64,000 bases of DNA from Dipteris shenzhenensis (taxonomy: Eukaryota): the NCBI GenBank assembly GCA_047967505.1, contig CM106538.1; one strand, written 5' to 3'. The notes beneath the pieces are model-generated. The model was not told where the DNA came from, ran no database searches, and saw only the letters and a list, made by a program, of their open reading frames with translations. How positions within the stretch are numbered: position 1 is the first letter of the stretch; each line of letters opens with the position of its first letter. The position numbers were made by a program, and so were the translations under genes. Shown piece by piece: positions 63,348 to 64,000 of the stretch.

Positions 63348-64000
63348 CAGCCCTCCCGAGGTGTTTTACGGACTGTGGGAGCATGGAGATTGAGGCATCA
63401 AATCCCAAGGTCGAGACTTTGGGGCAAATATGGTTACCTGTTGACCTCTACAGCTCTTTCTTGCATTCTCTCCACTCTCTTCCTTCATATCTCTCATCTC
63501 CCGATAATTGGAAGCCTGCTGCTCCTTGCGGGGAGCTTGGACAGAGGATAGATGCAAGGAAGGAGCTCGCCCCTCTGCCACAGACAGCGGGAATTGATTC
63601 CAAGTTTTATTGTTCTTTGTTCATCCTTGCTTTGTAGCTTTTTGTAGTGCATGCGTGTTGTTTGCAGTCCTTTCAGGGATCCTACAAGTATGAAGTGTAT
63701 GACTTAGTAAAAGATCACTGCCATTTTGTTTATCGAAGGTCGGTTTCAGTGGTTCCGTTGCCGGGACAGTCACCATATTCCCACAAAGGTGAGCCCTGAT
63801 AGTGTTGGGTGAAGGACACTTTCATTGCAATTGCTGCTCTAGCCATCAATCTCAGCAAGCATGTCACGCCGTGAGAGGTTGTTGACTATCTCTGAACAGG
63901 AGGGGCAAGAGGAAGACAGAGCCTCAGAGAGCATTGAAGAGGAGCACAGCATCAGCGGGGGTGATGACCAGCAAGATAGTGGGGCACAGCCAATTTCTCC

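Larger units (their letters stand above)
56442..63768 (+). mobile_element. Putative ~1-kb solo LTR (56442-57050 + 63353-63768) split by copia 3
   Basis: Starts tgtcacgg, ends ccgggaca (imperfect inverted termini); TATA-like ctatattaaag at ~56957; no clean TSD, PBS or PPT. Confidence 0.5.

Overview
Eukaryotic, almost certainly land-plant DNA (GT-AG introns, tRNA-iMet-primed Ty1/copia elements, CACTA transposon; a fern or other non-seed plant is my guess). The window is made almost entirely of nested mobile DNA, and I found no convincing ordinary host gene. From left to right: (1) A CACTA element (1-11965, open on the left). Its Transposase_21 gene is broken by a 6.9-kb copy of 41318-48210, with template-switch scars at the junctions. 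(2) A degenerate DUF7869/Sola-like unit with a ~360-bp AT-rich repeat and an array of 16-bp palindromes. (3) A ~37-kb block (about 16.8-53.5 kb) carrying a ~182-bp three-monomer higher-order satellite, a large ParB-like(DGQH)/degenerate methyltransferase-like/3x Ulp1-like pseudogene, a BAH-like plus ubiquitin-like gene, two orphan genes, a long hairpin, a long-tailed histone H3 variant and, immediately upstream of it, a RAG1/Transib/Chapaev-type DDE transposase. (4) Three full-length copia elements with LTRs, PBS, PPT and 5-bp TSDs (25718-31141, 35844-41734, 57051-63347), the last nested in a solo-LTR-like sequence. The most interesting candidate system is a large, decaying DNA transposon with a RAG1-like transposase and a chromatin toolkit (H3 variant, BAH reader, SUMO-protease repeats, ParB/MTase-like protein). 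Its termini were not found, and all domain calls are by motif recognition only.
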